From positions 16,405 through 80,404 of IMG/VR virus record IMGVR_UViG_3300025133_000063: a stretch of DNA of 64,000 nt. One strand, written 5' to 3'. This document shows positions 48,564 to 58,360 of this stretch, piece by piece. Each line of letters opens with the position of its first letter. Within the stretch, counting starts at the first letter, position 1. The notes beneath the pieces are model-generated. The model saw nothing but the letters and a program-made list of their open reading frames with translations, was not told the DNA's origin and made no database searches. A program made the translations under genes and the position numbers. The stretch is from a virus.

Positions 48564-49963
48564 AAATTACAAGAAGACAACTAAGAAGAATTATTAAGGA
48601 AGAATTATACCACAATTCTTTTAGTAATTTAGATCTTTCTAGAAATCACCTATCTTTTCGAGGAGATTCACGGCTTTTTGAAAGATCATATATTACTGGA
48701 ACATTAGGTCTTTCTATTCCTCTTCAGGAATCTTATCCATATTCACCATCGTTTGAAAAGCGCATTATTCATGAGCAGACACTCTACGAAAACTGGTGGG
48801 GAGACGATTGGTATCTTTTTGAGGGTGCTTATGGAGAATTATTAAAAACACATTCGGCAGAAGCTCTATTGGAGAAATTGCATGAAGGACCCATTCTTGA
48901 TTGGGGAAAAGGTCTTTTATCTACTGCGGTTCAGAAAGGAAAAGAGGTAGTTAAGAAAGGTATTGAAGCTGGTAAAGAAGCCCTTATGAGTGCAGAAGAG
49001 GGCATCAAAAAATTTGGTAAGGATGCATGGAATATTTTAAGTGCAATGTGGTTAACCATGAAAGGTGGCGCAAGTGAAATTGGATCATGGGTTAAGTCTG
49101 TAGTTCGATTAGGAATCGGCTCTATGTTGGAAAGCATTGAGAAAGCACTCAAGTTTCTAGCAACAAAATTACCAGAATGGAAGATGCCCACGTTCGGTGA
49201 ATATGCTCAAAAGGGTCTTGACTTTATAAATTCTTTAAAAGGCAAACTAGAGAACCTCGATGGATGGAAGGGTGTTATTACAGTCTCGGGGATTGCGATT
49301 GGATTGAAGTGGCTTTGGAATAAGGTAGGCAAATGGATAGACGAATTAAAAGAGAAGGTGGGTGGTAAATTCACTGAGACATCGGAAATTGCATCAAACG
49401 TAGCAGGTGGTATCGATGCTGCTAAAGAATGGATAAAAGAAACTGCAAAAGAAAAGCTTGCGGCTATAGGCGGCAACGCCTTTAAGAAAATTATGGGAGT
49501 GTTGGCTTCCGTATCATCAGGTGTAAAGCCGTGGTGGGATGCAGCTGTAAAAGTAGCCGGCGGAGTAGAATTAATTATTTCTTCCCTTGGAGATGCAGCC
49601 AGTCGCTTTATGCGAATAAACAAACCAAAAGAAGTTCAGACGGAAAATATAAAAATTACAAGAAAACAACTTAGAAAAATTATTAGAGAAGTTTCAACTC
49701 CAACACTTCAACAATGGGCAAATCAACATAATTTACCTATAGACTTAGATCCGATTACTGGAGAAGAAGTTATACTCATTGATGATGAATTTGCAATGAG
49801 ACAAGGAATTCCGGACGGTGCCCAATGGAGTGTTGAGCGATCATATGATGATGATGGTTGGGTTGTATCAATCCCAAATTCTGATACACTAGGGTTTGAG
49901 GAAATTTCATATGGTGGCTTAGACGATATGGATGATATAGAAATGCAGGTTAGAGGTTATTAA
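48560..49963 (+). CDS. Leader type II polyprotein with a long amphipathic helical domain
   Basis: MKITRRQLRRIIKEE; internal TENIKITRKQLRKIIRE. Confidence 0.7.
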   Translation: MKITRRQLRRIIKEELYHNSFSNLDLSRNHLSFRGDSRLFERSYITGTLGLSIPLQESYPYSPSFEKRIIHEQTLYENWWGDDWYLFEGAYGELLKTHSAEALLEKLHEGPILDWGKGLLSTAVQKGKEVVKKGIEAGKEALMSAEEGIKKFGKDAWNILSAMWLTMKGGASEIGSWVKSVVRLGIGSMLESIEKALKFLATKLPEWKMPTFGEYAQKGLDFINSLKGKLENLDGWKGVITVSGIAIGLKWLWNKVGKWIDELKEKVGGKFTETSEIASNVAGGIDAAKEWIKETAKEKLAAIGGNAFKKIMGVLASVSSGVKPWWDAAVKVAGGVELIISSLGDAASRFMRINKPKEVQTENIKITRKQLRKIIREVSTPTLQQWANQHNLPIDLDPITGEEVILIDDEFAMRQGIPDGAQWSVERSYDDDGWVVSIPNSDTLGFEEISYGGLDDMDDIEMQVRGY

Positions 49964-50006
49964 TAAAATGAAGAAATGTACCTTTTACCTTATAGGATTA
50001 AGATAA

Positions 50007-50915
50007 ATGAGTAATTTATTAAGAACATATGTCCGTACTGTTTTGACTGAATCATCTAAATGGTTAGGTATGACACCTGCAGATATTCTTGTTGATTTAA
50101 AGCGATTAGAAGGTAAGAACATTATATTTTTCGACACCGAAACAACTGGGTTAGGCCCTAAGAAATCGCAAATTACAGAAGTAGCAGCGATGGTTGTACC
50201 ATTGACAGGGTGGCAAGATAAATTTGTTATAACACAATCATTTCATGAAAAAGCAAACCTTACACCTGAAACTGTTGATAGAGCGAATGCCCACGATGCT
50301 GAGAGAATTCAGAAACTTGCTGACGATCCAAACTACAAGCCATCAGCAAAATCAGAGCGTGAATTACTGAGTATGACAAACTATGGTAGTCATTCTAAAG
50401 ATTATATGGATGAGCATAATCTTTTAGTTACATATAGCGAATGGTGTGATTCAATTCCCAATAAAGTATATGCTGCTCATAATGCTCCATTTGACATGAG
50501 GATGTTAAATGGTAGGTTAAGAAAGTATGGTGAGAAGCCAATACCAAAAGCCGAGGTTTTAGATACCTTAACACTAGTGCAACTATTCCTTCAACCGGTA
50601 ATAAAAGCTGCTACACCAGATGGAAGAACGGCTGATATGGCTTCTAAGCTAGATACAGGTCGAAGGGGTTTATACAAATATTCGTCTAGACTGGGAACTC
50701 TTGCAAAAGCTGCTGGTGTATCCATTGATAATTGGCACAGTGCTGATGCAGACGTAATAATGATGATGAGTGTTGTCGCTGCCGTAATAGACGAAATTGA
50801 AAATGGCGAATATGATTCAGAAAAAGCTGCTGAAGGATCTAAGTTTGCTCAAAAAAGATATTTTAGAAAGCGTGAGAAAAAATATAGAAAAGAAAAAGCA
50901 GCAAAGAAGAAATAA
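50007..50915 (+). CDS. Leader type I plus DEDDh 3'-5' exonuclease
   Basis: LLRTYVRTVLTE; FDTETTG, AHNAPFD, WHSADAD. Confidence 0.88.
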   Translation: MSNLLRTYVRTVLTESSKWLGMTPADILVDLKRLEGKNIIFFDTETTGLGPKKSQITEVAAMVVPLTGWQDKFVITQSFHEKANLTPETVDRANAHDAERIQKLADDPNYKPSAKSERELLSMTNYGSHSKDYMDEHNLLVTYSEWCDSIPNKVYAAHNAPFDMRMLNGRLRKYGEKPIPKAEVLDTLTLVQLFLQPVIKAATPDGRTADMASKLDTGRRGLYKYSSRLGTLAKAAGVSIDNWHSADADVIMMMSVVAAVIDEIENGEYDSEKAAEGSKFAQKRYFRKREKKYRKEKAAKKK

Positions 50916-50918
50916 GGA

Positions 50919-51662
50919 ATGAAACACTTGTCTGAAAAATCAATTCTTAGAGAATATATTAGAAATTTGTTATTAGAATCTGCTTCTGCCCCAAAAGTTA
51001 TTTTCCTTGCAGGGGCTCCTGGATCTGGAAAGTCTACAGTAATTCAACGTTTAGGATTAGCCAATAAATTTGAGATAGTAAATCCTGATGATGCATATGA
51101 AGAAGCAAAAAGAAGGGACAATCTTCCATTTGACAAGACAGATATATTAGATAAATACAAGCCAATAAAAGATGAATACTTGGCCGCCATCGCAATAGAT
51201 GATCAAGAAACCATTAATAGATTAGAACCTGAATATTTGCGTTTGAAAGCACCTCTTTCTGCTGATGCAAAGGCGTTTAGTGCAGCAAGATCAGGGGCAA
51301 GTAAAAGAAAAAAGCAATTAGCGGTAGAAAATAAAGATTTTTTGGTTGATGGTACAGGTGGTAACTTTAACGAAATTAATTCTCAAATAAAAAAGTTACG
51401 CAACATTGGGTATAAAACGGCAATGATTTATATCGATATTGATTTGGAAACATCAATTGCCAGGAATATTGATAGAGGTAAAAGGGGTGGCAGAAGATTG
51501 ACCGACAGTGCTGTTGAAAGATCTCATTCAGGTGTCACCGCAAATAAAGAATTATATAAAGATTTGTTTGGAAAAAACTTTTTTTATATTGATGCTTCAC
51601 CGGCAGGTTATGAGAAAAGCATCAACAATGTAGCACAAGAAATAAAAGAATTTTTGAGATAA
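50919..51662 (+). CDS. Leader type I plus Zeta-toxin-like P-loop kinase
   Basis: ILREYIRNLLLE; AGAPGSGKST, VNPDD, VDGTG, RN..RG..GGR. Confidence 0.8.
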   Translation: MKHLSEKSILREYIRNLLLESASAPKVIFLAGAPGSGKSTVIQRLGLANKFEIVNPDDAYEEAKRRDNLPFDKTDILDKYKPIKDEYLAAIAIDDQETINRLEPEYLRLKAPLSADAKAFSAARSGASKRKKQLAVENKDFLVDGTGGNFNEINSQIKKLRNIGYKTAMIYIDIDLETSIARNIDRGKRGGRRLTDSAVERSHSGVTANKELYKDLFGKNFFYIDASPAGYEKSINNVAQEIKEFLR

Positions 51663-51847
51663 GCTAATATGATAAAAAATTATAATACAACATTCGACGG
51701 CCCAGCAAACAAAATTAGTAACGGTCAATTTCAGTGGTTTTCGTTTTCACTTGAATCAGGTTATAAGAACAAAAAAATTCAATTTATATCTAGTCACCTA
51801 TGGCTTTTCGGATTTCAAATATTTGAGATCTGCTTTAAAAGAATAAA

Positions 51848-52555
51848 TTAGCGATTTTCTTTTAATTCAGTAATAACAGCATCAATTTGTTCAATGTGTT
51901 GTTCTGTTAATGGTGCACCATATACTAGTGTTTCTAAAACTTGAGGGTGCCCATAAAAGCTTTCTACACTCACAGCACTCAATACACCTATTACCCTTCC
52001 GCGGGAATTTATAAAGCCAGATCCTGAAGCACCGAACCATGCATATCCTTGAATTGCTAGTTGACCATTATAATTTGGATTAGCTATTGTACATGCAAAT
52101 GTTAACATTTCGTGAGAGCTTGGATAGCCACTATAAATAACGGTGTTTCCAGCTTCAATTTGTGGATAAGCATCCATACGTAAAGAATTAAGACCTGCTA
52201 TTTCTCCTGTAATTAAAAACGCAATATCGGCATCGTCGTCTTTCCATAATAAAGCACCAATGTTTTGTTGTCCACCACCCTCGATTAAAAAAACTTGCCC
52301 TTGTGTCACAACATGAGCCGCAGTAAGTATTCCATGAATACCATTATGTCGTACATAGGTTCCTGTACCATGCCCTCCCGATGGTGTTGTTATTTTAACT
52401 GTTGCTTCTCGGCTTCTTTCATAATGTCGACTATAATGTACATTGTTACTATCAATAATTTGAGAAGCCGCATCGTCTGATGCGGCAGCCGGTGATAAAA
52501 ATAATAAAAAAGTACTAAATATAGATATTATTAAATTGTTTAGTTTCATATTCAC
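51848..52555 (-). CDS. Trypsin-like serine protease with signal peptide
   Basis: Catalytic triad motifs LTAAHV, DIA and GASGSG; N-terminal hydrophobic signal ending AAA. Confidence 0.88.
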   Translation of the reverse strand: MNMKLNNLIISIFSTFLLFLSPAAASDDAASQIIDSNNVHYSRHYERSREATVKITTPSGGHGTGTYVRHNGIHGILTAAHVVTQGQVFLIEGGGQQNIGALLWKDDDADIAFLITGEIAGLNSLRMDAYPQIEAGNTVIYSGYPSSHEMLTFACTIANPNYNGQLAIQGYAWFGASGSGFINSRGRVIGVLSAVSVESFYGHPQVLETLVYGAPLTEQHIEQIDAVITELKENR

Positions 52556-52565
52556 TCCGTTGACT

Positions 52566-52577
52566 ATATTTAACTAT
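52566..52577. promoter_or_regulatory. Overlapping divergent class B elements (ATATTTA on +, ATAGTTA on -)
   Basis: The 35 bp gap between divergent genes carries the ATANTTA motif on both strands. Confidence 0.55.
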
Positions 52578-52590
52578 ACAAGAGATTACT

Positions 52591-53385
52591 ATGAGTCATA
52601 AAGTTTTAGGTTATATTAAAGACAGCTCTGATTTTCGAACAATTGCAGAATGGCAAAATATTGCCAGGCAAATATTGAAATTTCAAAAGGCTGGTTACGA
52701 CACTCGATCTGGTAAATTTCGGTGCATCGACATGTTAAGTTGTAGCATTGATGATTTTGAAAAATTTAAAAATATTATAAACAAAACATTTGGTTATCTT
52801 TTTCATGATGTTGATCGTTTTGAAAATGTTAACATGAAAAATTTCTTTAATTTTATTGAAGATTTCGTTAATTATCGTGTTTGGTCAATTCATAATGAAT
52901 TTGAATCATACTTTAATAATTTGTCAAAATTAAAAATAGCATTTTTTTATACACGCGATGATATTGAACCATATGTTATGATTGACGATGAATTTACTAT
53001 ACAAGCATATGGTAAACTTTATAATCCTAAAGTTTTATACCACTATACGACACCTGATGGTGCAAAAAACATTACAGCCGCCATAAAGAATAAACAAGAA
53101 TTTGACATATCATGCTTTACTGTAATTCGTAGACCGTTTTTTAGAAAGCAGTCTACAACGCTATTGACCCTTCTTGGAAGTGTTAGGGCTGGTTTTAAGA
53201 GTGATATTAAATCATATGCAATAAATAATGGCCGCCGAGCTTGTAATCTTTATCGACTTGGTCATCCTGGCACCGGCAACAATTTGTGCTATGATATTGA
53301 TGCTTGTGGCGAAGACGCAGAAACGTCATTGTGGAACGAATATATTACGACACCACTAAAGATAATAAGTTCTCAAGAAATTTAA
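52591..53385 (+). CDS. Hypothetical protein with possible C-terminal ART-like domain
   Basis: LYHYTT...ISCFT...WNEYI. Confidence 0.5.
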   Translation: MSHKVLGYIKDSSDFRTIAEWQNIARQILKFQKAGYDTRSGKFRCIDMLSCSIDDFEKFKNIINKTFGYLFHDVDRFENVNMKNFFNFIEDFVNYRVWSIHNEFESYFNNLSKLKIAFFYTRDDIEPYVMIDDEFTIQAYGKLYNPKVLYHYTTPDGAKNITAAIKNKQEFDISCFTVIRRPFFRKQSTTLLTLLGSVRAGFKSDIKSYAINNGRRACNLYRLGHPGTGNNLCYDIDACGEDAETSLWNEYITTPLKIISSQEI

Positions 53386-53389
53386 TCAC

Positions 53390-53632
53390 GTGTGGAGTGT
53401 TTATATTGTAGAGTGTATTGATCGTTCTTATTATTGTGGTATTACAACAAACATTACAAGACGATTAAGGCAACATAATTCAGGCAAAGGTGCAAAGTAT
53501 ACCCGCGGCCGCGGGCCTGTAGTATTAAAGGCTATAACATATGTAGATACTAAAAGTAAAGCCTTGAAACTTGAAGCAAAAATAAAAAAACAAAAGAAAA
53601 AAGATAAATTAGCTTATTTATTGAGTCATTAA
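53390..53632 (+). CDS. GIY-YIG nuclease (small UPF0213-like)
   Basis: VYIV.C.D.SYYCGIT....RR..QHNSGKGAKYTRGR.P...ALKLE.KIK. Confidence 0.92.
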   Translation: MWSVYIVECIDRSYYCGITTNITRRLRQHNSGKGAKYTRGRGPVVLKAITYVDTKSKALKLEAKIKKQKKKDKLAYLLSH

Positions 53633-53659
53633 AACATTTTTTTGTAGATATTTAAGAAT

Positions 53660-55261
53660 GTGATACTACAAAATAAAGCGCTAAGTGTTATTTTTATGTT
53701 TCTAATATGTCTCATATCTTTATCATGTTCCGATTATAAACTACGTACTATTCCTGATGATCCAGCACCTGAAATTTCTGTAACACCAACAGTAATTGAT
53801 TATGGTCCAGTTTTTGCAGGCGTTGATAAAGCTGTAGCAGATATTACAATAAGCAATCTTGGCACCGCGGTGCTTCACATTTCGTCAATTGAATTGGTCG
53901 TCGGAGATACTACGTTTTCTGGAACAATAAGTCATAGTATAGATGTTAACCCTGGTAATAGCATAATAGTTCCAGTTGAATATGAACCATTTACATATTC
54001 AACAAATATTGACAAAATACGTATATATTCAAATGATTCTGATGAACCGACTGTTGATGTAGATGTTTCTGGTACTGGCGATGCTCCAGTTATTTATGTA
54101 GAACCAGATTATTATTCGTTTTTTGATATATACGTTGGTTGTGGTACTTCAATTCCAATAAATATAAGCAATACTGGAAATATAGATCTTGTAATTGATT
54201 CATTAAATCATTTTGCAAGCCTACCAGCAGATTTTAGTTTGTATGATTATGAGCCATTTTATGGTATGGTTCCAATAGTAGTCCCCCCCGCTACTACAAT
54301 AACACTTGAAATAGCTTATTTACCAACTGATGCTTTTGACGATCTTGGGTATTTAGAAATACATTCAAATGATCCAATGACACCAATAGCATATGCTGAT
54401 CATGATGGCGATGGTGACTATGAAACGTGGGTAACTGATACATTCGAACAGAATGAAACAACTGATGTTGATATATTGTTTGTTGTTGATAATTCTGGCT
54501 CAATGGGATCAAATCAAACAAATTTTAAAAATAATTTCGCTTCCTTCATGGCGGTATTTTCATCATCAGGTGTTGATTATAGAATTGCATTTATTACAAC
54601 TGATTCTGAACAATTTGTTGGCTCTGTTATTACGCCAGCAGATAGTGATCCTGTTGGTCTTGCTGATAGTATAATTGATACGATTGGAACCAGTGGAAGT
54701 CCATTAGAATCAGGTCTGTATTATTCTTATTTGTCCACAACATCAGGATATCCAGCATCAATTGGTGCCGGATTTCTACGTGATGACGCAAAACTTGTTT
54801 TGATTTATATATCAGACGAACCTGATCATTCTAGTAGAAATAGCACAATGACTGAGTCTGATTATGCGTCATGGTTTTATTCACTTAAAACTGCTGTCAA
54901 TAAAATTGTAGCGCATGCTGTTGCAGGTGACTATCCAGCTGGATGCACTAGTAATGGCGGCGCGCAATTTGGCGATGGATATTATGATTTAGTTGGTTTG
55001 CTGGGTGGTTCGTTTATGTCAATATGTGATTCAAATTGGGGTACTGCTATGGATACCTTAGCTCGTGAATCTATTGCTCAAACAACATTTTCCTTAACAG
55101 AACATGCAATTGATGGTACTATTGAAATTGAAGTTGATGGTGTCCCATCAACCGGTTGGTATTATGATGAAGCTACGAATTCTGTACAATTTACAGTTAT
55201 TCCAGCTGAAGGCAGCATAATCGAAATTACATACGCAGTTTGGTCGTGCGAAGATGAGTAA
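53660..55261 (+). CDS. Lipoprotein with two Ig-like (ASH-type) repeats and a vWA domain
   Basis: Lipobox SLS-C; repeated I.V.P...I.N.G...L.I...I.SND; MIDAS motif DILFVVDNSGSM; ISDEPD. Confidence 0.8.
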   Translation: MILQNKALSVIFMFLICLISLSCSDYKLRTIPDDPAPEISVTPTVIDYGPVFAGVDKAVADITISNLGTAVLHISSIELVVGDTTFSGTISHSIDVNPGNSIIVPVEYEPFTYSTNIDKIRIYSNDSDEPTVDVDVSGTGDAPVIYVEPDYYSFFDIYVGCGTSIPINISNTGNIDLVIDSLNHFASLPADFSLYDYEPFYGMVPIVVPPATTITLEIAYLPTDAFDDLGYLEIHSNDPMTPIAYADHDGDGDYETWVTDTFEQNETTDVDILFVVDNSGSMGSNQTNFKNNFASFMAVFSSSGVDYRIAFITTDSEQFVGSVITPADSDPVGLADSIIDTIGTSGSPLESGLYYSYLSTTSGYPASIGAGFLRDDAKLVLIYISDEPDHSSRNSTMTESDYASWFYSLKTAVNKIVAHAVAGDYPAGCTSNGGAQFGDGYYDLVGLLGGSFMSICDSNWGTAMDTLARESIAQTTFSLTEHAIDGTIEIEVDGVPSTGWYYDEATNSVQFTVIPAEGSIIEITYAVWSCEDE

Positions 55262-55702
55262 ATAATGTTTAATATTGGTGATAAAGTAGAGTATTGGTAT
55301 AGAATGGGTCGGATTGGTGAAATTGTCGGCACCGAAATCCGCGGAAACAATACAATGCTTGAAGGCGGTACATTTTCAAATATCGTTGACATACTGGTAA
55401 AATTTGAAGATGGTAAAGTTGAAAAATACCCTATTAGTGATTTGCGGTTAGCAAATGAGTGAATTTGACGCTGTCTATTCATCACTATCTTTAAAAACAT
55501 CACTTGAGGAATTACTTGATTGGAATGAAGATCTTGTTGATTATTTGACAGGTGCTTGGAGTACGCTGCCAGCGTGCAAAACTCAAAGCGCAACAATTGC
55601 ACTATATGTAGGGCAGTTACCACCAAAAGAATACAAAAAATATTCAGAAAAATTAGAAAAATGGCTACTAACCAATTATAATAAAATTGTGAGGTAGGAA
55701 AT

Positions 55703-56545
55703 TTGTTACTTATAGATAATAATAGAAGTGGTGATATAACCATTTCTCAATTTACGAATGAAAAATTAAATGATGTTATAGTAGAATCAACATCAAACGA
55801 TGTATTTACATTATTTATTGATGTTGAAACTACAGGTTTGTCATACGACAACGATAAAATCATACAATTAGCATGTAGGCCAGTGCTGTTTGACAAAACG
55901 ACTGGTAAAATTACTAGATTGGCTGGAAGCCGGACGTTTTATAACGATCCGGGTTTTGAAATTTCTAGTGAAATTACTGCTTTAACAGGTGTCTCAAATA
56001 CACAAGTAAAAGAGCAGAGTGTTGATTGGGAATGGCTTGCAAAGATTATGGCGAAAGTTGATTTTGTTATTGCACACAATGTTAGATTTGATAGACATTT
56101 TGTAAAGAAACATATGATTGATGCTGACATTGTTATACCTGATACTATTTGGGCATGCTCAATGTCACAAATAGATTGGCGGCAAACGTGTACTGCTGGT
56201 AGATCATTGGAAACACTAGCTGTATTTCATGGTTTTTATTATGCTGCTCATGATGCAACAGCTGATATTAATGCGTTAATATATTTGCTTGCTATATCTA
56301 ATAGAGCCTCCGAATTATTTTCAGTGGCTGCAAAATCAGAGTACAGGGTTTTTGCGGTAAAGATTCCTTATGGACATAATGACGAATTAAAGTCTAGATC
56401 ATATAAGTGGGATCCGGATGTTAAGATGTGGTGGTGTGGATTTAATAGCGAAGAGGACGCAGAAACTGAGAATAAGTGGATGCAGGAGAGATTTAAAATA
56501 GAACCTCAGATCTTTGAGGTTAAACCTTGCCATTTATTTGATTGA
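55703..56545 (+). CDS. DEDDh 3'-5' exonuclease (DnaQ/epsilon-like)
   Basis: IDVETTG, AHNVRFD, WACSM, AHDATAD. Confidence 0.88.
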   Translation: MLLIDNNRSGDITISQFTNEKLNDVIVESTSNDVFTLFIDVETTGLSYDNDKIIQLACRPVLFDKTTGKITRLAGSRTFYNDPGFEISSEITALTGVSNTQVKEQSVDWEWLAKIMAKVDFVIAHNVRFDRHFVKKHMIDADIVIPDTIWACSMSQIDWRQTCTAGRSLETLAVFHGFYYAAHDATADINALIYLLAISNRASELFSVAAKSEYRVFAVKIPYGHNDELKSRSYKWDPDVKMWWCGFNSEEDAETENKWMQERFKIEPQIFEVKPCHLFD

Positions 56546-56581
56546 GCTGTAATATTTATTTAATAATATAGTGAGGTTCCA

Positions 56582-57046
56582 ATGTCATCATCGATAACTA
56601 AAAAAACACTGACGATATCAATTAATGAAACAATTGATATTGGTCCAACAGGCGATTATAGCAACAAGACAAAATTCACCATTTCAGGTATTGGTGAGGT
56701 CTCAAAACGAATATTGACTGTTCCAACACATCAAGTATCTGTACTTGCATTATCTTCTTCAGCTGGAGCAGGAACATTTGCTAGTGGTAGTTTGAAATAT
56801 GCTCGAATTACAAATCTAGACAATGAAAATTATGTAAGACTTACGTTTATGAGTTCATCTGCTGGATCGGTTAAAAATAAATCAGTGTTTAAGCTTGATC
56901 CATTAAGATCATTTATTGTAACAAATGATGCATATTCAGGTTCTGGTGTTGGAACAACTTTTGACACGTTTCAAAGCTTTACCGATATAAAAGCAAAGTC
57001 CAACTCTTCGTCTTGTGACGTTGAAATTTATATAGCATCAAAATAG
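56582..57046 (+). CDS. Ser/Thr-rich beta-type hypothetical protein, possibly structural
   Basis: Amino-acid composition; ATATTTA upstream. Confidence 0.5.
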   Translation: MSSSITKKTLTISINETIDIGPTGDYSNKTKFTISGIGEVSKRILTVPTHQVSVLALSSSAGAGTFASGSLKYARITNLDNENYVRLTFMSSSAGSVKNKSVFKLDPLRSFIVTNDAYSGSGVGTTFDTFQSFTDIKAKSNSSSCDVEIYIASK

Positions 57047-57277
57047 ACCACTTGATTGAAATGGGCGAATTAATTGATCTACAAAAATATCGTGAAGAAT
57101 TACTCATTGCAGAAATTCAAGATCTTAAGCGCCAACTTTTAGAAATTTGTCAAACGTTTAATTGTGAAGATGAACTTTTGCAAAATTATGGCTATTATAA
57201 TAATGTAGGCGATAACGGTTATTTCATGTTGCTCTATCCATTATCAAGCCTACCTTATTTTTACTAATGGAAGATAC

Positions 57278-58297
57278 ATGAAAATCTCAAAGGCATATTG
57301 CTTTGACGATGTTTTAATTAAACCAAAATATTCTGATATTTCTTCAAGAAAAGAAATCAGTCTTAGCGTTCAATTTGATAAAAACAATACACTTAAAATT
57401 CCAATAATTTCAAGCCCTATGGACACAGTAACTGAAACTGATATGGTTTGCAACTTAAGTTCGCTCGGCGGCTTAGGAATTATTCATCGATACAATTCAA
57501 TTAATGAACAAACACAAATTGTATCGCGGGCAAAGAGTTCAGGTGCCCAAAATATTGGCGCCGCAATTGGTGTTGGTGATGATGCAATTAAAAGAGCCAA
57601 TGCTCTTATAAAGTCAGGCGCTAACGTTATTTGTATTGATATTGCCCACGGCCACCATGCCCTTATGAGACATACACTTGCAACACTCAGAAACACTTTT
57701 GGTTATGATGTTCATATTATGGCTGGAAATGTTGCCACATTAAAAGCGTTTAATGATTTGGCTGATTGGGGGGCGTCCTCAATCCGCGTTGGTGTTGGGG
57801 GAGGAAGTATATGCAGTACCAGAATTCAAACCGGTCATGGTGTTCCAACACTTCAATCTGTTTTTGATTGTACCCGATCAGATCGCGGCGCAATATTAAT
57901 CGCAGACGGTGGAATTAGAAATAGTGGTGATATCGTTAAATGTATCGCTGCCGGTGCAGATGCCGTAATGCTCGGCTCTCTACTTGCTGGAACAGATGAA
58001 GCCCCCGGGGTTGTTAAAAATGTGGGTGGTGAAAATATTAAGACATACAGAGGAATGGCTAGTAAAGATGCTCAATTAAATTGGCGTGGTCATTATGCCT
58101 CAGTTGAGGGTGTTACGTCATTTGTAAAGTGTCAAGGTTCGTTGGAGAATAAGATTGGTGATTTATTGCGTGGAATTAGAAGTGGTTTATCATATAGTGG
58201 TTGTAGAAATATTACAGAATTTCAAGCAAGGGCAGAATTTATTACCCAAACTCCTCTTGGCCAAATAGAAAGTGGGACACATATTTTAAGCAAATAA
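57278..58297 (+). CDS. IMP dehydrogenase / GMP reductase family enzyme (no CBS domain)
   Basis: [51 protein letters not shown]. Confidence 0.92.
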   Translation: MKISKAYCFDDVLIKPKYSDISSRKEISLSVQFDKNNTLKIPIISSPMDTVTETDMVCNLSSLGGLGIIHRYNSINEQTQIVSRAKSSGAQNIGAAIGVGDDAIKRANALIKSGANVICIDIAHGHHALMRHTLATLRNTFGYDVHIMAGNVATLKAFNDLADWGASSIRVGVGGGSICSTRIQTGHGVPTLQSVFDCTRSDRGAILIADGGIRNSGDIVKCIAAGADAVMLGSLLAGTDEAPGVVKNVGGENIKTYRGMASKDAQLNWRGHYASVEGVTSFVKCQGSLENKIGDLLRGIRSGLSYSGCRNITEFQARAEFITQTPLGQIESGTHILSK

Positions 58298-58299
58298 AT

Positions 58300-58328
58300 T
58301 TGAACTTATAGACAATAGTAGTTATAAT
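58300..58328 (+). promoter_or_regulatory. Class A promoter TTGAAC-N17-TATAAT
   Basis: Matches the recurrent motif. Confidence 0.7.
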
Positions 58329-58360
58329 CAACCTATAAATAAGTATATACAGGAGGAAGT

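Larger units (their letters stand above)
33974..49690 (+). repeat. Dispersed coding repeat ATGAAAATTACAA(A/G)(A/G)AGACA(A/G)CT..GAA(G/A)AATTATTAGAGAA (leader type II)
   Basis: Copies at 33974, 36993, 37385, 37783 and 48560; internal copies near 38182, 38524 and 49649; truncated copy at 36958. Confidence 0.9.

Noticed and set aside
33974-49690. Diversity-generating retroelement
   Set aside because: There is no reverse transcriptase and no long template/variable repeat pair with adenine-specific differences.
50919-51662. Epsilon-zeta toxin-antitoxin module
   Set aside because: No antitoxin-like upstream partner is present; the gene carries the array leader instead.
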